Part shown: in pieces, positions 1 to 12,169 of the stretch | Position numbering within the stretch: the stretch's first letter is position 1 | Layout of the letters: every line of letters starts with the position of its first letter | DNA from: Laetmonice hystrix | Taxonomy: Eukaryota | DNA: 64,000 bases | Assembly: GCA_965235115.1 (NCBI GenBank) | Contig: OZ249444.1 | Coordinates: forward strand, 19,406,001-19,470,000 | Direction: 5' to 3' | The notes under the pieces: model-generated | Database searches by the model: none | Told to the model about the DNA's origin: nothing | Seen by the model: only the letters and a program-made list of their open reading frames with translations | Translations under genes and position numbers: made by a program

Positions 1-524
1 GGAGGGGTTAGCAAAGTAGGGGTACGAAGTGTCATGACAGTAGGGGTTAGACGAGGAGGGGTGGAGCACATCTGGGCTTGATCAGTCGGCGTCCACCAAC
101 CCTCCTCTCCACCGATAGGACGTGACACTTGGTGTACTTAGCAAAATACTGACCCAGCGTGTTTCCAAGGAGACCATTTTCTGTCTGATGTCTATAAACC
201 TGACCATACCTCCTCCTCCTCGATATATATGACCTCTCTCCCAAACTCCGCAAACTTAGCAGACGACATTTTGCGAGGCAAGATCTATAAATAACGCGAC
301 GCTGTTATAAAGCGCGCCATTTTGGATTAATCAGTGATTAAGACTTTGTTGACGGCCTCGTTATCGCCACCGGAACTGGTTTACTTTAGTCGGCGTTCTA
401 AACTGGTGCCAGCTGGAATAAAGTTTCTCCGAACAGGGTAAGATCGAACGTGAGATAACGGGATTTCCTGAGAGACGCTGATGGTGGCTTGGTTTTGTTG
501 AGGGCCAATGGTCCATCATGGACT

Positions 525-1816
525 GGGGCAGGGGCAGAAGGCTCATCACTGAATGGGGCCGGAGAATCAAGGTTCATTATTAAATACATGGGGAAGGGGC
601 ACAAGGTTCATCATTGAATGGAGCAGGGGGCTCAAGGCTCATCATTGAATGAGGCAGGGGGCTCAAGGCTCATTAGTGAATGTGTAAGGGGACACAAGGC
701 TCAACATTGAATGGGGAAGGGGCACAAGGTTCATCATTGAATGGGGCAGCGGGTTCAAGGCTCATCATTGGATGGGGAAGAGGGCACAAGGCTCATCATG
801 GAATGGGGCAGCGGGTTCAAGGCTCATCATTGGATGGGGAAGAGGGCACAAGGGTCATCATGGAATGAGACAGGGGGCACAAGGCTTGTCATTGAATGGG
901 GAAGGGGCATTATTGCATGGGGAAGGGGCACAAGGTTCATCATTGAATGTAAAAGGGGGCACAAGGCTCATTGAATGGGGAAGGGGACAAAATGCTCATC
1001 ATTGAATGGGGAAGGAAGGCACAATGCTTATCATTGAATGGGACAGGGACACAATGCTCATCATTGAATGGGGAAGGAGGGCACAATGCTTATCATTGAA
1101 TGGGACAGGGACACAATGCTCATCATTGAATGGGGAAGGAGGGCACAATGCTTATCATTGAATGGGACAGGGACACAATGCTCATCATTGAATGGGGAAG
1201 GAGGGCACAATGCTTATCATTGAATGGGACAGGGACACAATGCTCATCATTGAATGGGGAAGGAGGGCACAATGCTTATCATTGAATGGGACAGGGACAC
1301 AATGCTCATCATTGAATGGGGAAGGAGGGCACAATGCTTATCATTGAATGGGACAGGGACACAATGCTCATCATTGAATGGGGAAGGAGGGCACAATGCT
1401 TATCATTGAATGGGACAGGGACACAATGCTCATCATTGAATGGGGAAGGAGGGCACAATGCTTATCATTGAATGGGACAGGGACACAATGCTCATCATTG
1501 AATGGGGAAGGAGGGCACAATGCTTATCATTGAATGGGACAGGGACACAATGCTCACCATTGAATAGTGCAGGGGACTCAAGGCTCATCATTGAATAGTG
1601 CAGGGGACTCAAGGCTCATCATTGAATGGGGCAGGGGACTCAAGGCTCATCATTGAATGGGGCAGGGGACTCAAGGCTCATCATTGAATGGGGCAGGGGA
1701 CTCAAGGCTCATCATTGAATGGGGCAGGGGACTCAAGGCTCATCATTGAATAGTGAAGGGGACACTGCTTTCATCATTGGATTGGGTAGGGACCCGAGGT
1801 TCATAATTGAATGGAA
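525..1816. repeat. Minisatellite, about 31-bp monomer (CACAAGGCTCATCATTGAATGGGGAAGGGG-like) with a 62-bp higher-order dimer zone
   Basis: Identical ACAATGCTTA blocks at 1021, 1083 and 1145 (period 62 = 30+32); a 31-bp period near 1621/1652; degenerate flanks. ORFs 680-1005 are artefacts of this array. Confidence 0.95.
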
Positions 1817-4800
1817 TAAGGGGAAAGATGCCGAAGTATATAACTCATCGTATTTACCAGGCAGAAATCTGCGCCGGGACAACTAGTTCTTTCTCTCGAG
1901 TTGTGTAATGGTTCCATGCAGTGCAAGCATGTTTGACAAAACAGAATGTTCATATTTAGCAGATGACACGTCATTGAGAGTGACGTAATGGATAACAGTA
2001 AAACCAAACAACTCCTTTTTAGCTGTCTTCTGTCTGTCTACATTTTTTTAAAAATTTTGTTAATGAACATGTGTATTATTAGGACAATTAGTAAATAAAT
2101 GTGCAATTACATAATATTATGCATCATGTATACTGCTAATGTAATGACGCGTGGATTTATGCATACATGTAGGACTTTGTGTCATGTGTCCCATACGTAC
2201 ACCTCGTGTCCAAGATTTCTGGTTTATCTCAAATCGAGTTTCCAGCTAACTCTAAGTACCGTTACACTAACACACGTTATGAAAGATAGATTTGGCACGT
2301 GGTTGACAGTTGATTATACCGGATTAGTATACCATGTCACGGCCAATATCGGCCAATAATCGTCCAGTATAAGAAGACTTTATTTCTGTTAATCCATGCA
2401 CGAGTATTTAATCACAGATTAACGTGTCAAACATATGCTGAGAAGAAAGACAATAAACTCAGAGAAAGTATGTTTGCTTACGTCGTATCATAATTCCGTT
2501 TTGCATTGCAATTAAGATGGCCAGGTTTTAGTAAGCACTGGGTTATATAGGAATAGTATTATTACAGCGACGATCATCCGCTATCTGAGGGTCGGATTGG
2601 GGTGGGAGGGGGGCTGTCAACCGTGAATGCTTCCAATGGTCTGTGCTCGGCGGTGTGTGGGGGTCAGTGGGGGTCAACAGAACCCCCTGCACCCCCCGCT
2701 GATCAGAACAGATCGAACGATTGATGACTACAATGGCCCACCGAGTGTTTGGACTCGGGGTGATCTCTGTGTAAAACCTCCCAGGGAGAGCCCTGCATAG
2801 AGAAGCCTACAAACATGAAGTCATGGTGTCGAGGCGATTGTCTAGTGGAATAAAGGCAAGCTCAGAGAAAAGAACTCTGTACATTGTCCCGGGTCATGTT
2901 TGCTAGATTTATTTACGAAAGGATATTTAGTTGAGTGCTGGAGAATGCCATATTCAATGTCAATGGCTTGTATTAAATATGTGACACTCTGTCTACAGTA
3001 ATAATTGTAATGTACATATACGATCAGCAAGACTATAATCTAAAGGTGTATGAACATTTTCCGTTACAAAATCCTTATAATAGTTTCATAAACGTTGCAA
3101 TATCTGGTTTTCTTGCTTGCCTTCTGGAAGAAATGATTAAAAACGTCAGTAACATACACTGTAGAGTGCATATATAGGTCAAACAATAAGTTTGGTATTT
3201 TCATGAACGACTGATACTTCAATGTTTTGATTTGCTGTAGCATAGTCTCAGTGACATAGTCTCAGTGGGTTGAGTGTATATTATGGTCTTGTTCTACATC
3301 TACACGTTATAGAGAAGTAAAATAACCAGTAACGATATTTGTTGACCTGTCTGAGATATTAATTTTAGTCCGTGTTTGTCTTATATTGGTGATAGGGGAA
3401 CTGCTAGAGGTAAGTGTGTGTTCTTTATTGGAGTTATCGTGTTCTCGTGGATGTTAGGGAACTTGAGTATAGACTTGATCCTCCACTCGAGAACAACATG
3501 CCCTCTTGCTCATTTACCCGTTCTTCAGAAGTGTATTTCTTGCCCATATTTTTGCTGTAGTTGGACTCATGGTAGCAGCGGTAGGCCGTTATAACGGGTT
3601 ACAATCCGTATGCTGGGTTATCGAAGCTGGTCAATGGGAGGTCATTTATCACAGTTACTGTTATATCGGTCTAACTGAGAACTTCCCAGGACGTCGGATC
3701 AAAGTCAGCTTCTAACACAGCGCCTAGCTCTGATACCGGCGTGCGGACGGAGAGCCGTGTTAGCATCCCCTGGAGTGTTCAAACACTCCCCCATCATTGA
3801 GCGTGTGAAATCACGCTGGATACCGCTGCACCGGTCGCAGTTTGCGGGCGGTACCGGCGCTCGGCCCTGTGAAGTCCCGGCAACGGGAGACCGACCGACC
3901 GGTGGCGGAACCCGGCAGACCTGTGGCCAGGCCTGGCCTGGCCAGCACCCGACCACAGTCATCCCTCCTGGTGACCGCCTCCCTAATTACCTGTTCCGTG
4001 TCTATGACAGCACCCTAATTGCCAGAATGCCCCCTTCGACCTTGTCATTTGTATCATTTGTCTGGCCCCTTCTTTTGTTTCATACAATTTGCTCAGCATG
4101 ATTTTCCGACGGTTTATCTTCAAGCGTTACAACCACCCCGCCCGGATATTTCCAATTAAAGCCTAATTATTACCAATTCGGTTTTTTAATTGTGTGGTCA
4201 TCTTGACTGCATTAAAGACATATATATCTTTACTGCCCGCCTCCCACTCTACACGACAGTTTGGGTATCTGATAGCTTTGTCCGTGTGCTAATGTCAATG
4301 TGTATTTTAGGAATGGAAATTTACCCTGCCAACAGGTTTGTTCAATTAACCGATTTGGTTTAAAATATTAAGCAGCATAGCTTTATAATCATATCGTCCC
4401 AGAAGAACTTAATTGAAGTGTATGAATATCAGAGGGTGGTTAACAATGTGTAAAATACCACTGTGGGATAAAGTAGTTGGTGGGTCTATAAGACAAATAT
4501 GGTTGATTGGGTGTGAAGTTAATGCTGTCATGATCTGTTTAACGGCACCCTGACGCCCCTTCCGACCCCCGACCCCCGTTACAAGCGTCACCAGACCAGC
4601 CTAGCGTCCCCGGGTAGATACCCACAGTGATCCGTGCTGCACGGATCGGTACCATGGTGGATGGTACAGGGAGGGTCAGACCTGCCGACCTGGACCGGCA
4701 GATACCCCCTGACCCCCCTCCCCCCCCCTCCGGTTCTAGAGGAGTACAACGACCCACTCACGGGTACAACCGTCAGCATTCTCTACTTCCCAACTAAACT

Positions 4801-5227
4801 GACAAATAAGGTCACGCTGACGTTTTATTTACGTTCACGTATATCAAACATGTTCAGCTGGGATGTAACTCTATAATATGCTACAGTTGCTCTCAATGAG
4901 TGATACGTATACATTGACATAGTTTTGATCCAGACTTGAGGAAATCAATGTCGTTGAGATAAGTGTGGGCTCCCTCCATCCATTCCGACAGTTTGTGTAG
5001 GCCTGTGGGGTGTTCAAGAGTTCCATGCTCAGCCGTCCTCTTTGTTTCGATCAAGATAACGCCATTATAATTAATTTATAATTCAGTCTTAAGTCCAAAT
5101 TTAGACAGTCATTCTCTGTTAGAATCCAGAGCTCATCGTAAGCTGGAAATTGTTTACTCGCTATTGGCCTCCACCAAACACACAGACGACATGTGCGAGA
5201 ATTACGTGTTTTTAGTGTAGTGTTTGC

Positions 5228-5241
5228 CCACCAGGTGGCAG
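5228..5241 (+). promoter_or_regulatory. CTCF-consensus motif CCACCAGGTGGCAG
   Basis: Exact match to CCDSYAGRKGGCRS; binding untested. Confidence 0.55.
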
Positions 5242-6146
5242 CACTGAGGCGGCGCAGAGTCAGGAAACTCGGGGTCGTACGGGTCACGGCAGCTTCTTAG
5301 ATTTGTAATATTCTGGGGCATAATAGAGCGACATACATCGAACAACGCTGCTTTTTATAGCAAGACCGTTCGTTCAAATCGCCTATTATACTCTATAAAG
5401 TAAATAAATCAACTACATTGAGAAAGAGGGCCTACTAGTATAGAAAGTGCAGGCTCCCAGAGTGACAGGTTGAGCCGTTAGGGTTGGTGTGAGGTGTGTT
5501 TTATGATGTTTTATACGAATCGTGTGTGTGGGGCAGATAGAGAAGGGGAATGATGTTGTAGTGTGTGTGAGTGTGTGTGGAGGGAGGAGGGCTGGGCGGT
5601 CGATGTGGCCGTGTTGTGAATGCGTGTGTTGTGGGAGTGGTATGACCGTGTCTGAACGTGTTGGGATCACAACCCCAGGGGTGGAGGTGTGGTGTAGGGG
5701 GTTGATGTGGGGGTGTGGGCCCCCACGGGGTACCTTCCACCCCCTCCCGGCACCCCGGCAGGGGTAGGACCCGTTACCGGGGAGACCAGAGCCCTATCAC
5801 CGGCCACTACTGTAGTCATGATCAATGCCGTCAGGTTTACCACGACAATAAAGGGGCTCAACCTCGCACCCCTGAGGGGGGCATTACAGGGGCAGTAGGG
5901 GGTCACAATCATATATAACACCCGTATACGTATAGATACACATATCTGAAGCAAATCAAAACACATAAACTGATGATAAACTCAGACATAAAGAGATCTA
6001 GCAGCTAATCAAATAAAAAAAACAGAACATTTTCATATCGGTCGTGTAACTCTTAGCGATCTCCGTGAAGACGTCAAACAACTTTTTTTTAAGGATTTTC
6101 TTGTAAGATGTGAGTGTGGTGAGTAAATATGGGTGGATATTATTGG

Positions 6147-6436
6147 CGTGTTTGCTGACTGCCTTGATTCATTCTATTCGTGTTTGCTGACTGCCTTGAT
6201 TCATTCTATTCGTGTTTGCTGACTGCCTTGATTCATTCTATTCGTGTTTGCTGACTGCCTTGATTCATTCTATTCGTGTTTGCTGACTGCCTTGATTCAT
6301 TCTATTCGTGTTTGCTGACTGCCTTGATTCATTCTATTCGTGTTTGCTGACTGCCTTGATTCATTCTATTCGTGTTTGCTGACTGCCTTGATTCATTCTA
6401 TTCGTGTTTGCTGACTGCCTTGATTCATTCTATTCG
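6147..6436. repeat. Perfect 32-bp tandem repeat x9 (CGTGTTTGCTGACTGCCTTGATTCATTCTATT)
   Basis: Units start at 6147, 6179, 6211 and so on; no spacers between them. Confidence 0.97.
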
Positions 6437-8339
6437 AGGATTCGTCCCGCTAGGTGAACGCCCGCGTCCAGTCGCCCTACCCCGGCGTGGTGATGCTAGT
6501 CGTGACTGGTAGAGGGCGCGCACTCACTCCCGGTCGGGCCGGGGTGCTGGGAGATCTGGCAATGACCGCACACTCCTCTATATACTGGCTCCAGTCTACC
6601 TCCCTCCGCCCTGGAGGGTAACGTGGAGGATCTCTACGTATCTTATCTATAGACCCCACTCCTAACCATCCTCCTGTGCCTCCTTCCACGCCCTGGAGGA
6701 GCGAGACGATAATTAATTTTCATAGTACCTTTATATAAACAACTCGAGTCAGGAGTGGTGGCTGGAGTGATGCCGTGGAGGAGGTGTGGTGAGCAGGGAC
6801 GGTAGGGGCCCACCTCCTCCTCCACCCACGCCGGGGTGAAGGCCGCCCGGTGCCGATCATCGCCACAGGCCCCGGCCCTGCCACACCCGTCGTCAGCGAC
6901 CTACACAAATATCCGCACTCGAGCACCCCCACCTATGGTTTGTGTGGCCCGACAGCTTTTTGATGCCTTGTGTAAACTTAAACACAATGTGACGCGTGGG
7001 TAATGTTGATTCTGCTGATACAGTTTGGGGTTGCCTTTAAACGGATATTTGACAATGCTCTTGTCGCTCGACTTACTCGAAAGGTTTCTTTAAACAAGAC
7101 CACAGAGATATACTCTGCTCATTTTGTAACATTTTGAGTGTTATAAAGGCGGTGATAAATCTCCACCTTTCAAATCTAAGCTCCTTTATCGTTTCGTGTC
7201 TAACTTTGAGATGAGCTCTACTAGTCCAATCAGTTGTCTATTTCTAACACCAATGTGAGATTGTTGCGCACACAGGGGGTTGTGAATTGGCCAATTTGCT
7301 CAGCAATATCTTCACCTTGTGTTAAGTGTGTGCTGAGCGGGCCTCAACAACAGTTGGCGCGCTAGGAATTGCGGCAGACGACATTTTGAGAAGCAGTGAA
7401 AGCACGCGCCATTCATACAAATAAATTCATTCACAAGACGCGACCAAACGCCATACATGTGGCGGATTTAAAACATTCCGTCACACTACAGGATCGACGG
7501 TGAAGAAGTTTGCTTCATGAGCGGAAAGGTTGGACCGCCCCTCTCTCTGTAACATGGCGAAACTCTTCAGCCCCCGTCTGAGTCCGTGTTGGTTTTATTT
7601 AGCACAATGGGCGGCGGTAAGGGCTTTTGTCTGGGGAGGACAGGCACGAGAATACTTGTAGCGGGGAGAAAGGCGGGCATTCAGGGACCGCTTTGTCACC
7701 CGATTGTTCATCGCTGTTGAACATGCAGGTTTCCCACGACTGTGAACAACGATGAGCAGAAAAGTGAGTGTGGTGTCCAGGGACGGTCACAGTTTGTCTC
7801 CCAGCCGGGGTGGTGGTGGCTTGCCGGGATCTGCTCGCGAGGCTCCGGTCAGCTGACTGCCCGACACCCCCTCCCCCTCACCGCCGGTCTCCCCCGGACA
7901 ATATTCCTACAATAAACTTCACAGCGCTATAAAGTCTGAACAACATGAAAAAAATATAGATATTAAACACGAATCTGAAAAAGGCCTGGTCTGCTTATGT
8001 TATATGGTTAGAGAATCTATATGTTTACATGAAGTAGATCTACAGGCTTTATAAGATTAAATGTGTCCAGGCGTTTTGTGGATTTACATATTGTTTTGCG
8101 CAATAACATACATAAGCTTAGCAGCCTTGAGCAATCTTTTGCCAATGACGGATCGATGAAGGACAATTGGGACCCCTCCTGACCCGTCCCGCCGAGACCC
8201 ACCGAGGGGTCCCGAGGGGTCCCGAGCGACCTGCTGAACAGGCTTGGGTTTAGACCTGCTTGGGCCCATGGCACACCACAAGCTGTGCCATCTTAACAAA
8301 CTTTCTACTAGGCTTATGGCATCTTAGTAGTGCCGCAAA

Positions 8340-8720
8340 TCTCGGCTAGAGGGCGCTTATCGGGGTGGGATTAGGTTAAAACGGCGTTCATTCATGGGAA
8401 CCAGGGGCGCTCCTTGGCAGCTATAGAACTAGAAAAACCCCAAGTCCACAGCGGGGCCCGCACCCCGGCCTGCTCCCGGAGTCTCGCCCACTAGAAGATT
8501 GGCAGGCGACGCGCATGCGCCGTCGGTGTATTCTTCACGGTTGTTTGCGTTGATGAGCTGTAAAGGTCCCGTACAGCCTGTCAATCAAATCAGAGCGACC
8601 AATCACAGAGCACAATTAGTAGGCTTTTTGCGAGGCGCTCATGCTGGGAATCTAACAGGCACGGTGTTTGGGTGGAGGATAGGCGACACTTTTTCAGCGT
8701 GTTGGCGGTGCTGTGAGAGT
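8340..8720 (+). promoter_or_regulatory. Putative Zic proximal promoter
   Basis: NRF1-type palindrome GCGCATGCGC at 8511-8520, NF-Y-type GACCAATCA around 8599-8603, a reverse CCAAT (GATTGG) near 8497-8502, and CpG-rich sequence about 1.1-1.4 kb upstream of the ATG. The TSS itself cannot be located from sequence. Confidence 0.45.
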
Positions 8721-9800
8721 TGTACGACCGACGTGGAATCCCTACCGAGACAGACTGGAGGCAAGCCGAGCCAACACAAATGATGGCAGCAGAGTGAAGC
8801 AGCGGCAGACCGTGCTAGTACACCGACCTGAGCACACCTCCATCTGAGCGCTCACCCCAACCAACACACCCCAGTCGTTGTGAACCTTCCAAGCCGGGGA
8901 GTCAGTGGACCCCCAATAGGTTCTCACACCCCTGGCAATACGGAGAGAACTTTACCCGCAGTTAGCGCGCCCGGAGAGAGAACCGTGTGATGTAAGGACT
9001 ACACTAAGATACACCACCGAGACCATCTGATCCAAACTGTGCCAGCCAGCCACCACAGCTAACTGAGCTCAAAGTGCTGGCACAAACTCACTGTAAACCA
9101 ACTTCAAACGTGGACTCAACTCGCTGCTTCTCGTATCGCAAACATTGCTGCATTCACACCCCACTGGACAGCGGGCAGCGTCGTCGGCTAGCCACCCGAG
9201 GTCGGATGCTGGCAGTTTGCTGTCACTTGGCTCGGACAGCCAAGCGCTAACCAAGCGAGCCGTTGGTAGTGGTAGGCAGCAGCATCTCGGCAGGCAGCGA
9301 CCACTTGGTGGTGGACGAGGGACTACTTATCCCTGCGCTGAGGGACTTCTCTCAGCAGTGGACCTCCAACCGTTCATAGCACCACAACTATCGTACAACC
9401 AGAGACAAGAGGAACCGTAACTTGTATATAGTTAACCCTCTCAGTCAGGGTTCTCAGTCAGGCTGAGCAAGGATAACATTGGACCTGTGTTTAGTGTGTG
9501 GCTTCTGGTCTGCCGTATACAGAGACCGGGACGGAGTCTAGCCGCACTCTTGTTTTTGTTTGGGATCCACCGCTGAGCACTTCACACACGGATCAGCGGG
9601 CGTTTATCTGCTTGTACTCCTCGTGGTTGATCGTCAGCCACATCATCCCACAGCAAGGATTATTTCTATCTCCAACCACGTCTACACTACAAACCACATC
9701 CATGTACTTATAGCAGAAAAAATAGTGGGTATCAAAAGTTTTTGATAATTGTCTTGAGGTTTATTTGTGTGTGGTTCGAATAATCAGAATTGCTCTCACG

Positions 9801-10722
9801 ATGTTGAACCCATTCATGGACACGGCCCATACGGCCCACCTTGGTCATGCGGCCCTCAAGTTGTCCCCACCTCACCACGGGATGGGAGACGGTGGCGCGG
9901 CCCACTCACAGCAACAGTACGGCGCCCAGGCCAACGGTTACGCTGCCATGTCTCATCCACACGCTCACCACGTGTCATCGTACGCAGCCCGGGACTTTCT
10001 CCTCCGTCGGGATCACATGTCGGGACTGACCGACCCTCAGGGAGTGACGGCCGGGTCGCATCACTCCATGTTCGCGCCCTCCTCGGCCGGGCTTCACGGA
10101 CCCCACCACACCGACCCCACATCCAGTCATGTTATCTTCCCCGGCCTCCACGACACTCACCACTCGTCAGCGGCCGCAGCGGCGCACGTTAACGGCCAGA
10201 TGAGGCTCTCCATACCGGGGGCCGACATGTACGGCCGGGCCGACCAGTTCAACCAGATGACGAGCCCCCGTACTGCCGATCACTTCCACCCTTCATCCCA
10301 CATGAACATGAACATGGGCCACATGAACCACATGAATCACATGAACCACATGAACATGGGACCCCATGGACCGGGCGCTTTCTTCAGGTATATGCGGCCG
10401 CCAATTAAACAAGAACATCCCTGTTTGTGGATAGACCCTGAAGGACCTGAACCCCGCAAACCGTGCAATAAGACTTTCTCCACAATGCACGAAATCGTAA
10501 CGCACCTTACAGTGGAGCATGTAGGAGGACCTGAACAAAGTAACCATGCCTGCAGCTGGGAGAACTGTCCCAGAGAAGGCAAACCGTTCAAGGCTAAATA
10601 CAAGCTGGTCAACCACATCCGTGTACACACAGGAGAGAAACCTTTCCCTTGCCCCTTCCCGGGATGTGGAAAAGTATTCGCCAGGTCAGAAAATCTCAAG
10701 ATCCACAAGCGAACACATACAG
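9801..10722 (+). CDS. Zic: Zic/odd-paired family zinc-finger transcription factor, coding exon 1 (N-terminus, ZOC, ZF-NC, ZF1-ZF3)
   Basis: ATG at 9801 ([10 protein letters not shown]...LKLSP). ZOC motif [13 protein letters not shown] at 9975-10013. ZF-NC motif [14 protein letters not shown] at 10374-10415. ZF1 CLWID...C and ZF2 CSWENC carry the paired-Trp signature of Zic/Gli/Glis. [46 protein letters not shown] is typical Zic. Similarity ends at the donor ACAG|GTATGT (GT at 10723); the track ORF 9765..10880 reads on into the intron. Confidence 0.97.
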
Positions 10723-12155
10723 GTATGTATCCTCGTCTGAGAATGTTGTTTCTACTACTTACAGTAAAATTATATATTGTCATGGGTATAACATTGTGTC
10801 ATTGTGGCTTTCCTGGACTGGAAACCAGCCCCCCCCCCCCCCACCACAATGTCAAGGGAAAGAGGTTGCAGATTTATTGATTTTATATATACAAGGATAA
10901 ATCGCAGGGAGTTAGTAGCAACATTTAAAATGTATGTGTATATATCTATTTGTAGGAATTATTATGATGGTGTTGGTACAATTATATTTTCTCTGGGGTC
11001 TCAATGTTTATAGTATAGGAAACAGAATCATAACAGGACCAGATCTTGTCTCTGATATTATATAAACCAAACCACAACTGTCAGTTGAGAGGAAACCATT
11101 TTAGCTAACCTACATGCCCACTACACCAGATACAACAATAACAGTTTGCTGACATTCCTTACAAACTGGGACGTCGCTATATCCCATTGTTGGCGTCGTT
11201 GACCGACTTTGATTGACACCTTTTTATTAACGTTCAAATCGACACTTTACCATATCTATAAGTCTCAGTACCTGTGTTGTCTGGCGTGCATTACATATTA
11301 TACCCTACCACAGGGCTTCTGATATTGAATATAGAAATATATTTCCATGTACATCGACTTTTCCATAACAATTAGGCTGCAGTCAATAATATAGTCCAGA
11401 CAAATAAATGCAGCGATAAATGCACAGCCAAGTCGTGTTGTGGACCTACACATTGGTTGCTTTTAGATTCATAAATTCTTTCCAATGTTTCTTGAATATG
11501 GATTGTAAAATTATTGGGTGGTTCCTCCATATTATGACAAACAAATTAATACCAACAGTGTGGATCTCTATATTTTACTGGCAGTAATTGATGGGAGGTA
11601 GTTATTGATGTGGGTGGGTGTTAAGAACTATCAATAAGTCTCCACATCAACCCGTACCCATTGCCTGCCACACGTGTCTGATATTGAACTCAGCTTGGGG
11701 AGCAGCCTTCAAACGGCAGTGCAAACACAGACGGCAGTGCTGGCTATAATAACGACTCAACGATTAGTTTATTCGCGCTAACGTCTGGCTTTGATTGGCA
11801 AACATCATTCTCTCTGATTGCAAGAAGTAGTGTTTGATTATCAAGGATTAACGGGAGGGGAGTTAAGTAGCATTGTTGGCGCGTTAAGCAGCAGTGATGA
11901 GAAGTCGAGTGGTGACCTAGCGTTCGTCTGACCTCGACCAAGGTGTTTATACAGCGACTTGAGGAACGCTACCCGTTGTACGGTCGGCGTCCAGCGTACG
12001 TCCTGCACACGTGTGGCTAGCTCGGAGTGGTGATGGGAGCAAGCTACTCGTGAAAACCAGTTTGTGTGTTTCCATGGTGATAAGATCCCGACGACAGATG
12101 GTCCTGCTGCCTGATCCCGAGTATAGCGAGGTCTGCCAACCTCAGCTCAAGTCAC

Positions 12156-12169
12156 GTTACCATGGAAAC
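12156..12169. promoter_or_regulatory. RFX X-box GTTACCATGGAAAC in the Zic intron
   Basis: Matches the X-box consensus GTTNCCATGGNAAC exactly. A weaker copy GTTTCCATGGTGAT lies at 12068-12081. Confidence 0.5.

Noticed and set aside
6147-6436. 32-bp repeat of CRISPR-like length
   Set aside because: Units are head-to-tail with no spacers, there are no cas genes, and the context is eukaryotic.
9774-9783. GGTTCGAAT B-box-like sequence
   Set aside because: No A-box or cloverleaf around it; not a tRNA or SINE.
9765-9800. Track start codon upstream of the ATG
   Set aside because: It is a non-ATG start called by the ORF finder; ATG 9801 gives a Zic-like N-terminus.
10723-10880. C-terminal extension of the 371-aa track ORF (MYPRLRMLF...)
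   Set aside because: Read-through past a clear splice donor; Zic similarity resumes at 27026.
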